NCBI GenBank assembly: GCA_016432465.1
Contig: CP066690.1
Coordinates: 250,702 to 314,701, forward strand
Reading direction: 5' to 3'
Source: Candidatus Sungiibacteriota bacterium
GTDB taxonomy: Bacteria > Patescibacteriota > Minisyncoccia > Sungbacterales > HO2-52-23
DNA length: 64,000 nt
In this document: piece after piece, positions 9,673-20,127 of the stretch
How the letters are laid out: every line of letters starts with the position of its first letter
Numbering within the stretch: the stretch's first letter is position 1
Notes under the pieces: model-generated
The model's database searches: none
What the model saw: only the letters and a program-made list of their open reading frames with translations
What the model was told of the DNA's origin: nothing
Program-made: the position numbers and the translations under genes

Positions 9673-10125
9673 ATGAATATATTTTTTGTTATAGCTATTT
9701 TTGCGCTTACCGGAGTGATTGTACTGGGCTGGTTTTTTTACGACTTAAGAAAAAAGGTGCTGTTGCTTTTTGGGGGTAAAGAAACCAAGAGCGGGACGGA
9801 AACACTACAGGAGCTTGTGCGACGGGTAACCAAAACCGAGATAAAAATAGAAGAGCTTGAACCGCGACTAAAATTGACAGAAGAAATCTCGCAAATCAGC
9901 GTGCAGAAAGTCGGATTTTTGCGATTTAATCCCTTTCAGGATACGGGCGGAGATAACAGTTTTGTGGTGGTTATGCTTGATCGTGAAAATAACGGCATCG
10001 TAATCTCCTCACTTTATATGCGCGAAGGGGTACGGATTTATGCCAAAAAAGTTGAGAGAGGAAAAACCCAACAACCCTTGTCGGGAGAGGAGAAAAGGGT
10101 TCTCGAGGAAGCGATCAAAAAATAA
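9673..10125 (+). CDS. DUF4446-like membrane-anchored protein
   Basis: N-terminal TM; KVGFLRFNPFQDTGGDNSF...YAK...LSGEE. Confidence 0.8.
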   Translation: MNIFFVIAIFALTGVIVLGWFFYDLRKKVLLLFGGKETKSGTETLQELVRRVTKTEIKIEELEPRLKLTEEISQISVQKVGFLRFNPFQDTGGDNSFVVVMLDRENNGIVISSLYMREGVRIYAKKVERGKTQQPLSGEEKRVLEEAIKK

Positions 10126-10127
10126 CC

Positions 10128-11636
10128 ATGAAGAAAAACGAAACCGAAAACCAAAATAGACGACCGCCCGTGGTCGTAGTAATGGGTCATATTGATCATG
10201 GAAAAACAAAGATTCTGGATTGGTACCGACAAACAAAAGTAGTTGAGGAGGAATCCGGCGGAATAACCCAGCATATCGGCGCCTATGAAGTTGAGCACAA
10301 CGGCAAAAGGGTCACCTTTATTGACACGCCAGGACACGAGGCATTTTCCAAAATGCGCTCGCGTGGCGCCCGGGTCGCTGATCTTGCAATTCTGGTCGTG
10401 GCGGCGGAGGAAGGAGTGAAACCGCAAACCAAAGAAGCCATAGAAATCATAAAAGAAAATAAACTTCCTTTTGTTGTTGCCCTAAACAAAATTGATAGGC
10501 CGGAAGCAAATCCTGAACGGGTAAAACAGGACCTTGCCAAAGAAGAAGTATTGGTTGAGTCTTACGGCGGTAAGATTCCTGCGGTTGAGGTGAGCGCCAA
10601 AACCGGACAGGGCATGGAGGAGCTTCTGGAGGTTTTACTTCTTGCTTCGGAACTTGAAGAGTTATCAGCCAATCCGGAAAAATTAGCCGAGGGAGTTGTA
10701 ATTGAAGCGCACCGCGACCCCAAACGAGGCGTCACCTCCACCCTTCTTGTACGGGACGGAACCTTAAAAAAACAAAACGTGCTTGTTGTCGGACGGTCAG
10801 TGGAAACAATTAAAATTCTGGAAGATTTTCGCGGTCAACCCGCCAGCGAAGTTTTACCCTCCTCACCGGTTTTAGTTTCCGGACTTTCCCAAATGCCTGC
10901 CGTGGGTGATTCTTTCCGGGCATTTGGAAACCGGGGCGCAGCAGAGAAATACGTCCAAGCGCTGCCCGAAGAAGAAATAAAAGCAAAACCAATTTACTTA
11001 CACGTGGAAGGCGAGGAAAAACCCATCTTTAACATTATCCTTAAGGCTGATGTAGCAGGGTCAAAAGAAGTGCTGGAGGAAGAACTTAAAAAAATTCAAT
11101 CCGATGCGGTGGGAATCAATATTATCCGGAGTGAAGTCGGCGACGTAAACGAGTCGGATGCCAAGCTGGCGATCGCCACCAAACTTGTAACCATCATAGG
11201 ATTTAAGGTTAAAATTGACGCCTCCGCCCGGGATCTTATCAAAGACGCCAATATTCACACGGTGATGGGCGAAATAATTTATGAGGTTTTGGACGAGGTG
11301 AAAAAACGGATTACAGAAATAATACCGCCCGAAATAAAACGCGTGGATATTGGACGAGCCAAGATTTTGAAATTATTCAAGAAAGATGGAAATAAACAGA
11401 TCGTGGGCGGACGGATTGAAGAGGGCGCTATACGCAAGGAAACACCGGTTGAAATTCAAAGAGACAAAAACATTGTTGGCGGGGGCCGTATACTTCAGCT
11501 GCAGCATAACAAAGTAGACGTGGCCGAGGTGGAAAAAGGGTCGGAGTTCGGCGCGCTTATTGACTCCCCTCTTACTATTCAGGAAGGAGACGTACTAATT
11601 ATTTATACCGAGGAAACAACGCAACGTGCCGTCTGA
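10128..11636 (+). CDS. infB: translation initiation factor IF-2 (short form lacking the N-terminal extension)
   Basis: RPPVVVVMGHIDHGKT, GGITQHIGAY, DTPGHEAF, NKID. Confidence 0.97.
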   Translation: MKKNETENQNRRPPVVVVMGHIDHGKTKILDWYRQTKVVEEESGGITQHIGAYEVEHNGKRVTFIDTPGHEAFSKMRSRGARVADLAILVVAAEEGVKPQTKEAIEIIKENKLPFVVALNKIDRPEANPERVKQDLAKEEVLVESYGGKIPAVEVSAKTGQGMEELLEVLLLASELEELSANPEKLAEGVVIEAHRDPKRGVTSTLLVRDGTLKKQNVLVVGRSVETIKILEDFRGQPASEVLPSSPVLVSGLSQMPAVGDSFRAFGNRGAAEKYVQALPEEEIKAKPIYLHVEGEEKPIFNIILKADVAGSKEVLEEELKKIQSDAVGINIIRSEVGDVNESDAKLAIATKLVTIIGFKVKIDASARDLIKDANIHTVMGEIIYEVLDEVKKRITEIIPPEIKRVDIGRAKILKLFKKDGNKQIVGGRIEEGAIRKETPVEIQRDKNIVGGGRILQLQHNKVDVAEVEKGSEFGALIDSPLTIQEGDVLIIYTEETTQRAV

Positions 11637-11976
11637 AAGAAAGGTAGAAAAACTAAATGACCTTCTGCAGGAAGAACTTTCCCAAATTTTGGAACGCGAA
11701 GTTGAGTTTCCGGAAAATACTTTTGTGACAATTACGCGCGTGGCGGTATCTCCGGACCGCCAGTACGCAACAATATTTATTTCTGTATATGGCGGCGCTG
11801 AACAAAGCATACTCGAAATTTTAGCTAAAAACATTTATAATATACAACAGAGAATAAACCGGACTCTACGTCAGCGGCCAATTCCAAAAATCAATTTTGA
11901 AATTGATAGGGAAGAAATACGGCGCGAGATAGTAGAAAAATCGCTGGCGGAACTGAAGCGGAAAAAAGAACTATAA
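11626..11976 (+). CDS. rbfA: ribosome-binding factor A
   Basis: Follows infB; VTITRVAVSPD, RPIPKINFEID. Confidence 0.9.
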   Translation: MPSERKVEKLNDLLQEELSQILEREVEFPENTFVTITRVAVSPDRQYATIFISVYGGAEQSILEILAKNIYNIQQRINRTLRQRPIPKINFEIDREEIRREIVEKSLAELKRKKEL

Positions 11977-12020
11977 CGGCGTTGTGGCTGACACGGGAGT
12001 CTGTCCCGCTGGTAGACGGC

Positions 12021-12093
12021 GGCGCGATGGCGAAGTAGCTAACGCAGCGGTCTGCAAAACCGCTATTCAGGGGTGCAAATCCCCTTCGCGCCT
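12021..12093 (+). tRNA. tRNA-Cys(GCA)
   Basis: GCGGT-CTGCAAA-ACCGC anticodon arm, GGCGCGA/TCGCGCC acceptor, U discriminator. Confidence 0.92.
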
Positions 12094-12361
12094 TTAGCCG
12101 CCGTCTACCTACGGGATTGCGATTTGTTGCCAAAATTTCTTCTCCCGACTGGTCGGGATCGAAATTTTGGACAAATCGGGAACAAAACTCCTATACGCGG
12201 GCTGACGCCAATTGCTTGGCGTCAGCGGGAAATTTAGCGAGCCGGGCGGGCCAGTGCGAGCGTTAAGAATTTCCCAGGGGTTTCGCTGACGAAAGCGAAA
12301 CCAATTCCCGCCCATGCCTCAAAATTTTAGCTGTACCAATCTAAGACAGATACAGAACCTT

Positions 12362-12446
12362 GCCCGGGTGGTGGAATCGGTAGACACTAGGGACTTAAAA
12401 TCCCTTGGAGGCAAACTCCGTGCGAGTTCGAGTCTCGCCCCGGGCA
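12362..12446 (+). tRNA. tRNA-Leu(TAA)
   Basis: AGGGA-CTTAAAA-TCCCT anticodon arm, variable arm, GCCCGGG/CCCGGGC acceptor. Confidence 0.93.
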
Positions 12447-12508
12447 TAACGAGACTTACCCTGCACCACGTAGGGTGCAGGGTACCCAGCACTCAACGTA
12501 GTGCTGGG

Positions 12509-12559
12509 TAAAATCCCTTGGAGGCAAACTCCGTGCGAGTTCGAGTCTCGCCCCGGGCA
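12509..12559 (+). repeat. 51-bp direct repeat of the tRNA-Leu(TAA) 3' half (att-like)
   Basis: Identical to 12396-12446; a third, degenerate copy lies at 13300-13332. Confidence 0.88.
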
Positions 12560-12707
12560 AAACCGCAAAAGAACCCAGAGAAAAACATCCGCCTTCGTTC
12601 CGCCGTCGCTAAAGCTGTGACGGACAAGAAAAACGAATTGGCGATTTCGAAAGAAGAAAAGAAAAAACTTAGATAACAAAAAGCCAACGGGAGTTGGCGA
12701 TAAAAAA

Positions 12708-13151
12708 TTATGCCCTAGCGACACTTGCAAGAGATTCGGTTACACCATACTTACGACATGTTTCTTGAATAGATACGGTATAATCGTTGATCTCTTTTTC
12801 TACGAATTCAACAGAAAAAGATGTGCCCCTAAAAGTTACATTGAAACCAGAAGCCAATAATCTCTTGTATGTTTCGAGGGCTTCTTTCACTGCTTCTCTT
12901 TCAGCTTTTGCTTTACCTACAACGGTCGTGTAAAGGTCTCCAGATCTAGCGTGGACAAATTCTGCTAATTTTAGTTTCATCTCACCCGCCTCAATAAAAA
13001 CCATGGCATGGTAGTTTGGAAGCCCAAACATATTGTCGTCGTCATATGATTCATAGCAAATTTGGACATCTTTCAGTCCTTGTTTTTGACATTTTGAGAT
13101 AAACTCACCCAACGTAGTAGGTCTGCCAAGTAGCTTGTCAAATAGCGACAT
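12708..13151 (-). CDS. hypothetical protein inside the tRNA-Leu islet
   Basis: 147-aa ORF, AGGAGG RBS, AT-richer than flanks. Confidence 0.72.
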   Translation of the reverse strand: MSLFDKLLGRPTTLGEFISKCQKQGLKDVQICYESYDDDNMFGLPNYHAMVFIEAGEMKLKLAEFVHARSGDLYTTVVGKAKAEREAVKEALETYKRLLASGFNVTFRGTSFSVEFVEKEINDYTVSIQETCRKYGVTESLASVARA

Positions 13152-13468
13152 TTTCCGCCTCCTTTGTTAAACTGCACAGTCCTTGAGACTGCTCTGCTAT
13201 TATATTAGTTTATTAAAAGTCTGTCAAGTTTTGCAAAAATTTGCCAAAAGATTTAAGAGAAGAGGATACTTAAGAAAAACACCAGAAACAAAACAGACTT
13301 CCGTGCGAGTTCGGGTCTCGCCCCGGACACCAACATCGACTCGAAGCATATTTTAATTTTTGGGGGGAAGAAAATTTTTTCATAAAGATTTTTCGACGAT
13401 GATGGTTGTTTTATTCTCAATAGTTTGTAATACTCTTTTTTAGAACACTCAAAACGAGGAAGTGAACC

Positions 13469-13936
13469 ATGAAATTATCTACACTTTGCTTTTGCTTACG
13501 CGATGATTCAGTTCTTCTGGCCATGAAGAAGCGGGGCTTCGGAGCAGGAAAGTGGAATGGCTATGGTGGTAAAGTTGCCGAAAAGGAATCACCGCGAACC
13601 GCCGCTGTAAGAGAGCTGAGAGAAGAATCGGGTTTATCAGTCGTTGAGGACGCTCTCGAGCAGGTAGCTTTAGTGAGATTCTACTTCGACAGCAGTCAGC
13701 TCTTTGAATGCCATGTCTTCTTGGCAAGAAATTGGGAAGGTGAACCTTGTGAATCAGAAGAAATGAAGCCGAGCTGGTTTTCAGTTTCGCGACTTCCGTT
13801 TGAAGGAATGTGGGTCGCGGACAGTAAGTGGATTCCTCTGGTTCTTGCGGGGAAGAAACTGGAAGCTGAAGTGAACTTCAACACCGATGGTAGCGAGGTG
13901 AAAAACTTCTCCTACCAAGAAAGACAATTTGTCTAA
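13469..13936 (+). CDS. Nudix hydrolase, MTH1-like 8-oxo-dGTPase
   Basis: KKRGFGAGKWNGYGGKV..ESPRTAAVRELREESG Nudix box; ESEEMKPSWF. Confidence 0.9.
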   Translation: MKLSTLCFCLRDDSVLLAMKKRGFGAGKWNGYGGKVAEKESPRTAAVRELREESGLSVVEDALEQVALVRFYFDSSQLFECHVFLARNWEGEPCESEEMKPSWFSVSRLPFEGMWVADSKWIPLVLAGKKLEAEVNFNTDGSEVKNFSYQERQFV

Positions 13937-14003
13937 ATCGGGTCTCGTAATAAACTTTCATTGGGACCCGATTTCTTTTTTAAAAGAGCTGGAATTTAAC
14001 CAT

Positions 14004-14061
14004 CAAAGAAAAACTTGCTTGTCCGTCGTAGCTCGTGAGAGCGGAGGCGGAAAATTGTCAT
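14004..14061 (+). repeat. 58-bp direct repeat (second copy 15144-15201)
   Basis: CAAAGAAAAACTTGCTTGTCCG..GTAGCTCGTGAGAGCGG.GGCGGAAAATTGTCAT, 2 mismatches. Confidence 0.85.
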
Positions 14062-14330
14062 CCCCCTTCGCTCCTCCTCCGTCTACGACTTCGGCAGGAC
14101 ACAGTAAAACTTCGGACGGACAAGTCGGTGCGGCTCCCCGCCTGCGCCGAGGCTTCCACCGACGCTGAAGCTTTGACGGACAGGTCGGCGGGCAGACGCC
14201 GCCTTTCCGAATTTTCGCGGGCCTCCGCCTCGCCGAAGTGGCTTCGGCCACGCAGGCGGGGGGACTTCCTCGCCGCCGCAGGCGGCTCGCCTCATCCCCG
14301 ACGAGTCGGAGCGGGCGAAAGCGGTTAGGA
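14062..14330. repeat. GC-rich mosaic of short REP-like hairpins
   Basis: Stacked small palindromes (e.g. CGCCGAAGTGGCTTCGGC); only spurious-looking ORFs. Confidence 0.6.
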
Positions 14331-14704
14331 CTAATTCAAGAATACTGCACCACAATCTGACTTTTGGGAATTTGACCGACCGATATTACTAAACCACTTA
14401 CGATCGTAAGTGGTTTAGTAATATCTGGTGTGGCGGGACAAAAATGAGTGGCTCCGCCACGCCGATAAAAACTACCAAAAAATCTATTAAAAACATCGGC
14501 TCGAACTGCATTTTAATTTGGGGAAAAGAAACTTTTTAATCATACGAATTAGGAAACAACTAGCACCGGAAACGTTAATTTTTTGTTAAGATTGACATAG
14601 CGTGCCATATATGCTATCCTTGTGTATATGCTATCCTTGTGATAGCATGGTAATCGAGCCATGTCGGCTTGATAGCACATTCCAAACAGAAAGGAGCGGA
14701 GTTT

Positions 14705-15004
14705 ATGCAGATGAGAAAGTTTCACCTCGGAGATGTTCTGAGCGTAATCACGCGAATCAACGTTTCTCCTCGCCTCATGAAGGGTGTTTTTGACATCACA
14801 AGCTTCATGGTGGGACACGAAATTGAACCCGCCGAGAACATTGTGCTCTATGCTGATCAGTGTAGGGCCAGTTTGCTCGAACAACACCCGAATCTCAAAA
14901 AGGTGAGCGTCGCTGGTGTAAACACGAAAAATTGGAAACAATGGCTCTCCACACAAGTGAAAAAGTATGGAGAGAAACTCTCGGTAAAGCCAATTTCCGC
15001 GTGA
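14705..15004 (+). CDS. small hypothetical protein
   Basis: AGGAG RBS; FHLGDVLSVIT..VSPR motif; family not named with confidence. Confidence 0.68.
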   Translation: MQMRKFHLGDVLSVITRINVSPRLMKGVFDITSFMVGHEIEPAENIVLYADQCRASLLEQHPNLKKVSVAGVNTKNWKQWLSTQVKKYGEKLSVKPISA

Positions 15005-15332
15005 TTTTTCATCAACCTCGCACATGGGCCCCTTGCGAAACACGTTTCTGCTAGGGGCTCTTTCTTTTTCTAAAATTGAAATTTTTGTCATACTCATTTA
15101 TTCCCTAGGTATTCGCCCCGCGAATTCTTGGATTGAATGCCGCCAAAGAAAAACTTGCTTGTCCGCCGTAGCTCGTGAGAGCGGGGGCGGAAAATTGTCA
15201 TTCGTGCGGCTCCGTTGGCTTGACTTTTTGCTGTGATTATGTTAGGATTAAGTATTGGCGAAAGTGGTGGTAGAAAACCCCTACCACGAGGGAATCGTGG
15301 AAACTTGAACATTGAAAGGGGGGTTGAGAACT

Positions 15333-15587
15333 ATGACGCAAAAAACCTGCCACGATTGCGGTGTTGAGGTCGGTAAATTTCATGAGCCTGGATGCGACAC
15401 GGAAGAGTGCCCGTTCTGCCACGGCCAACTCATCTCTTGCGACTGCTGTTACGAGCACCTCCATCTCGACCCGGAACAGGAACCAACCTATTCCGAGGGG
15501 CTGAACGAAGAGCAGCAGGAGAAGTGGAATAAAATCCTCCTAGAAAAGGGATTGATCCCTTATGGCAGGGAGACTCATTTCGGATGA
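15333..15587 (+). CDS. small Cys/His-rich putative Zn-binding protein
   Basis: CHDCG...H..GCD.EECPFCHGQLISCDC. Confidence 0.75.
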   Translation: MTQKTCHDCGVEVGKFHEPGCDTEECPFCHGQLISCDCCYEHLHLDPEQEPTYSEGLNEEQQEKWNKILLEKGLIPYGRETHFG

Positions 15588-15842
15588 AAAACCGAAACAA
15601 ATCCATTCAGGCGCACGACCTTCGGGTACGGCGCCTTTCTTTTTTTCTAAATTTTGATAATGGATTTTCATAAAAGAATTTGCCGCCAACTTTCGACAAG
15701 CTCAAGTCAAGAAGAAAAACTTGAAATTGTCCGGTTCGCGGCGAAGCCGCTCCAAATAAAAAAGCGCCATAAACAAAGTGATGACGCAAACATTGAAAAT
15801 AAAAAGCGGGTTGATATTATCTCACCGCACCTTACAATTACT

Positions 15843-16118
15843 TTAGTATATGCTCCAATAATCCGTGCCGTCTTGCACATAAATAGCTGGTCCTGCAGGC
15901 ATTTTTAGCGCCCACCCGGGACCGTACGAGACTTTATAGTTTGGATTTATTTGGGTTACTGTTTCCTGTAATAGTTTTCTAAATTTTGGGGTTAAAACCT
16001 TCTTTCTATCGCTCGAATTAAAAAAGTCTCTGCAGGGAAAACCGTAATTACCACCATTCTTACTAACAGTCTTTACCACATTCAATAGTCTTTTCTGCAT
16101 TTTGTTAAGCCTGGGCAT
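15843..16118 (-). CDS. hypothetical protein
   Basis: 91-aa ORF with an upstream TTGACA/TATACT-like promoter. Confidence 0.6.
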   Translation of the reverse strand: MPRLNKMQKRLLNVVKTVSKNGGNYGFPCRDFFNSSDRKKVLTPKFRKLLQETVTQINPNYKVSYGPGWALKMPAGPAIYVQDGTDYWSIY

Positions 16119-16256
16119 TGGTTCTCACCCCCATTTGTACCCTATTAAAGTATAACTCCTTTATACATTGTTGTCAATAGCCCGTAATAGGGTATTGACT
16201 TACGGTATTTTTATACTTAAGATGGGTAAAATCCGGCTTACGAAGGTGAAGACTAG

Positions 16257-16811
16257 GTGTGGTTCTTTGAAATATTTATTGTTGGCATATTGGTCTACAT
16301 CTTTGTTGTTTTTGGACTTGCCCAGTTTGTAGTTCCAAACTTGCGAAGAGTGAAAACACCAAAAGAGGTGGGTGAGGAACTCAAACAAATCATTGAAGAA
16401 ACAAATCGTACAGCAGCCAGTGATCTGGAATTTGTTAAAACCGTACTCTTTCTCCTACGGCAGCGGTTTTTTGTAAAACCCGGGCAGATATTCATCACTC
16501 CGTGGATCTTGTTTCGTAAAGATGTGGATAGAATTTGGACGATGACGGACACAAATCAATGCTGTACAGTACTTAATCTCCTGTTAAGAACTTTTTTAGT
16601 AAAAAGCGGAAGATTTAAGGAGGAAGACCTTGAAGATCGCAGATGTATTCTGGGGGTTTGCATCCATCAGTATCTATTAGTGCGTATGAAAAGCGGGGCT
16701 AGTATGCCGCTTGACCCTTGGGGTTATCTTGCAAAGAGGATACCTCCGGGAGAGCATGCACACGGCTTTTTCCTGCCGTTTTTTAAAAGACCAAAAAACC
16801 ACCCATACTAA
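16257..16811 (+). CDS. membrane-anchored hypothetical protein, possibly transglutaminase-like
   Basis: N-terminal TM; Cys..HQY..DPWG spacing suggests a Cys-His-Asp triad (inference). Confidence 0.6.
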   Translation: MWFFEIFIVGILVYIFVVFGLAQFVVPNLRRVKTPKEVGEELKQIIEETNRTAASDLEFVKTVLFLLRQRFFVKPGQIFITPWILFRKDVDRIWTMTDTNQCCTVLNLLLRTFLVKSGRFKEEDLEDRRCILGVCIHQYLLVRMKSGASMPLDPWGYLAKRIPPGEHAHGFFLPFFKRPKNHPY

Positions 16812-16927
16812 GCGGGTGGTTTTTTACGAACGACGCTCCACGCAGCAGAGCTGCCGCGGAACTATCAAGTGAACATAGCTTAAATAAATTTAAAGCCGCA
16901 GAACAAGTCATGCGGCTATAGTGATGG

Positions 16928-17389
16928 TTATCTTCTTCTTTTATATTCTTTTCTTGCTTCTAGCCAATCTGTAGCAACCGTGTCAGTATCCGGCATGCGT
17001 GCACCTAAAGGAGCCAAAAAAGTTGCTACTGTCGTTACAAACCCTGGAAGATTCAGCATCCAAGCAAGTTGTCCTGCAAATCTACATTTTTGGTCCGGGG
17101 TAAGAAAAGTGATGCCTCCCGAAAGGGACGGAACAAGCAGATAATGTAAGAACTTACGCAATAGGTTGATATCTATATGTTCTCTGAAATATTCACAAGC
17201 AATTTCTACTAATCTGATGTAGCTCCATTTTACTGTTGGTTGTCTATTCCACTGCCCATTGCAAGGACCAACACCAGACATGGCCTCAAATATGCAATCC
17301 AGCAAATCTTCTCCACTAGTCCATCTACCATCTACCTTGAGTCGTCTTAACCTCCATTCGTTAATTTGCTCAACAGTCATTCCCATCAA
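16928..17389 (-). CDS. hypothetical protein
   Basis: 153-aa ORF with AAGGAG RBS. Confidence 0.6.
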   Translation of the reverse strand: MMGMTVEQINEWRLRRLKVDGRWTSGEDLLDCIFEAMSGVGPCNGQWNRQPTVKWSYIRLVEIACEYFREHIDINLLRKFLHYLLVPSLSGGITFLTPDQKCRFAGQLAWMLNLPGFVTTVATFLAPLGARMPDTDTVATDWLEARKEYKRRR

Positions 17390-17420
17390 AGACTCCTTAG
17401 CGTGTGAAGCGAACCCAAAG

Positions 17421-17579
17421 TTAATTCAACAAGTCCACAATTAATCCAGCTATAGTTACCGGGATAAGGAGTACCAGCCACCAGCCCCCAAAAAACCAAC
17501 AAGCTATTAATCCAAGGATAAACCGCGGAAGGAAAAACCCGAAAATGCCAAGGAAACAATATCCCAAAAACTCAAGCAT
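17421..17579 (-). CDS. small membrane protein
   Basis: Hydrophobic 52-aa ORF with GGAGGGG RBS. Confidence 0.5.
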   Translation of the reverse strand: MLEFLGYCFLGIFGFFLPRFILGLIACWFFGGWWLVLLIPVTIAGLIVDLLN

Positions 17580-17652
17580 GACTTCCCCTCCCAAAACGAA
17601 CCAAAACAAGGATAGCACAAACGTGCTATTTTGTAAACCTCAAGGGGTTGGA

Positions 17653-19131
17653 TTATTGAAGCTCGTTTAGTTTTGCGCGTGTTTTCGGACCTACTGTTCC
17701 GTATCCTGTAGTAACCGGAGTGCCGCTGCTGACAATGCCGTATTTTTTCTGGAACCGCTGTACAGCTCGCTCCGTAGCTGGACCGAAAAAACCGGTCACA
17801 AGTCCTTCCGGATACAAAACCGGGTCTTTTTTCAAAAATTCCTGAAGCGCGCTAACCCGCGGCCCACGCGAGCCCCTCCGCAGAACTTGCGTAAAAATAA
17901 CCTTGGCTGCCGCACCGGAAGAGAGGGGCGCTGGCGTGGATACGCCCACCGTTGGGGTCGGCGCCGGAGGAGGTACGGATAGTGCCGTAGAAATCACAGT
18001 GCCTTCGGGAAGCACTGTCAAAGCAACACTTTTTGCGAGTATGGAGTAATACTCACCCGGTTTTTTAGCAGGAATCAGAGTAAGTATTACATTCTGTGAA
18101 GTCTTATTTTGGTTCCGGAAAAATAGTTTTAGCGTGCCCGAAGAGTTTAAATCGTTCGTGAAAACATAAAAGTCGCCGCAGAGAAGAAAGAGTGCGCTGG
18201 TCTGACTACTAGTCGCAGTAATATTGTTTACGCAGGATATTTTAAGATTCGCGCCCTTAGCATTAACAGTGGACCAGCTGATATTTAACGGCTTGTAAGA
18301 TTCAACAACCGTGGTTGATGCCAAAAAATAATCAATTGAAGGATCGGGAATAACATCAGAGGCTATGGTTAAAGTAAGATCAAGCGCATGGAGAGCATCA
18401 TAAGTGGGGGTGGGAGTCAGGGTAATAGCCGGAAGCAGGGTTAATTTATAAGACAGGGGGACTTTAGAGGAATTGGTAAAATTAAGACTTAAGGACGACG
18501 AGGGCCCGAGTGGTGTTGTAAAAATAGGGGTGTTGCAAGGAATATTGTAAGCGGCGGTGTAGCTTGGAGAGTTGACTTTGATATCGGATTGGCACTCAAT
18601 CTGAAGGTTGACTCCTTCAATCTCCTGCGAGGTCCAATTAATAGTTACCGGGACTACGGGCAGGGTTGTGGTGGCCGAAGCCCAAAAACTGGTAAGGGTT
18701 TGGGGAGCCGTAGAAACGTTTATACTAATATCCCGCGCCAAAGCATCACGATCATCTCCTGACGCATTTTTAGGAATCAGCCGCGCAGTTATGGTTTTAG
18801 TGCCTCCGCTTACGTTCGAAATTATTACCCGTATGAGATCGTTTACAACAAGAGTAGTAGAAACCTTGGTATCGCAAGGAAAAACACTGCCATTTATATA
18901 TTTTAGTTTAATTCCGGCTTGACATGTAATTAAAAAGGAATAGCCGCCCGCATTCTGCATGGTCCAGGAGAAATCAACCAAGCCTCCGGAAAGAGTGGTA
19001 GTGGGGCTGGCCACAAAAGCGGAGATGGATGGTTCAACCGGTACCAAGGCGGCATACTCCTGAGCAAATACAGCTGGCGCAGAAACAAGGAGGATGCTGG
19101 GAAATAGTAACCCAAGAAATAGTGGTCTCAT
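17653..19131 (-). CDS. secreted Ser/Thr-rich repeat protein with a C-terminal peptidoglycan-binding domain
   Basis: Signal peptide, three ~120-aa beta-rich repeats, LRRGSRG..V.ALQ.FL...TGFFGPATERAVQRFQ. Confidence 0.85.
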   Translation of the reverse strand: MRPLFLGLLFPSILLVSAPAVFAQEYAALVPVEPSISAFVASPTTTLSGGLVDFSWTMQNAGGYSFLITCQAGIKLKYINGSVFPCDTKVSTTLVVNDLIRVIISNVSGGTKTITARLIPKNASGDDRDALARDISINVSTAPQTLTSFWASATTTLPVVPVTINWTSQEIEGVNLQIECQSDIKVNSPSYTAAYNIPCNTPIFTTPLGPSSSLSLNFTNSSKVPLSYKLTLLPAITLTPTPTYDALHALDLTLTIASDVIPDPSIDYFLASTTVVESYKPLNISWSTVNAKGANLKISCVNNITATSSQTSALFLLCGDFYVFTNDLNSSGTLKLFFRNQNKTSQNVILTLIPAKKPGEYYSILAKSVALTVLPEGTVISTALSVPPPAPTPTVGVSTPAPLSSGAAAKVIFTQVLRRGSRGPRVSALQEFLKKDPVLYPEGLVTGFFGPATERAVQRFQKKYGIVSSGTPVTTGYGTVGPKTRAKLNELQ

Positions 19132-19269
19132 GGCATGAAGTATACCACGACCATAGCCACCTCAAAATCCACAGGCCCGGAGCCTGTGGATTTAAAGTGC
19201 ACTTTTATAGACGATGTGAGAACCTGTCTTGCATGAAAAAAGAGCCCTCAGGTGGGGCTCTGTATTTAT

Positions 19270-19749
19270 TTAATACTTGCTGATTTCTATCCCTAAGTCT
19301 ATTGGCCCAAATGCCAAGGGAAGCAGTTCTCCGATCGTGGCAACGACTATTTTATCTTTTTTCGTTGTCGAAAGAACTACTTGCAAGTCGTATCCAGAGA
19401 TTTGCGAGATTTCATATAGGACCTGCCGGCAACTACCACACGGCCCCGTAACTTCTGTCGTCTCAAAATTTTCACCTCGGGTAATGATGGCAATACTGCG
19501 GAATCGTCTTACTCCCATTGCATTCGCACGCAACACGGCAGATCGTTCAGCGCAGATCGTTGAACCGTAGGCGGCGTTTTCAAAATTTGCCCCAGAAATC
19601 AGTTGTCCGTCTGCAGAAACAAGACAAGCTCCAACATAGAAATGCGAATACGGATTATAGGCATTTTTCGAGACCTGGTCAGCTTCATCCAGCGCTCTTC
19701 GTTGTAAGTCGGTCAAATGCTCATATTTAACGTTCTGCATTTTTTTCAT
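19270..19749 (-). CDS. cdd: cytidine deaminase (homotetrameric type)
   Basis: AYNPYSHFYVGA, ENAAY..TICAER, PCGSCRQ. Confidence 0.93.
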   Translation of the reverse strand: MKKMQNVKYEHLTDLQRRALDEADQVSKNAYNPYSHFYVGACLVSADGQLISGANFENAAYGSTICAERSAVLRANAMGVRRFRSIAIITRGENFETTEVTGPCGSCRQVLYEISQISGYDLQVVLSTTKKDKIVVATIGELLPLAFGPIDLGIEISKY

Positions 19750-20127
19750 CCTCCTGTGGACTATATTTGATCTAAAAACATCCTACCACAATAAGCCGCA
19801 ATAAGTAAACGGACGTTGGAACCTCCGCCGAATCACCAAAAAACCGTTTCTTTTTCAGAAGATTTTATTTCTCTGCACTAAAAAGCTCCACTTCCCTATA
19901 CCCGCCTTCGCATAAAGCTACGGCAGGGCAAGCGGGGAATAGAACGATGTTACTGTGTCCTTCCGAAGTCCCGCCATTGACGGGACGAAGGAGGAGAACC
20001 CGCAACCCGCCTCCGCTAAAGCTACGGATGGGCAGGGATTTCTGAAATAGAAACGGCGATTGATGCGCGAAGGTGTAAAAAGTCTAATATTGTACGGGTT
20101 AGTTAATGGTGTTTGTAACCTGGTTTC

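Noticed and set aside
14003-14355. Several overlapping Arg/Pro/Gly-rich ORFs
   Set aside because: Stop-poor palindromic repeat mosaic
14549-15097. 182-aa minus-strand ORF
   Set aside because: Antisense shadow of the RBS-supported + strand gene 14705-15004
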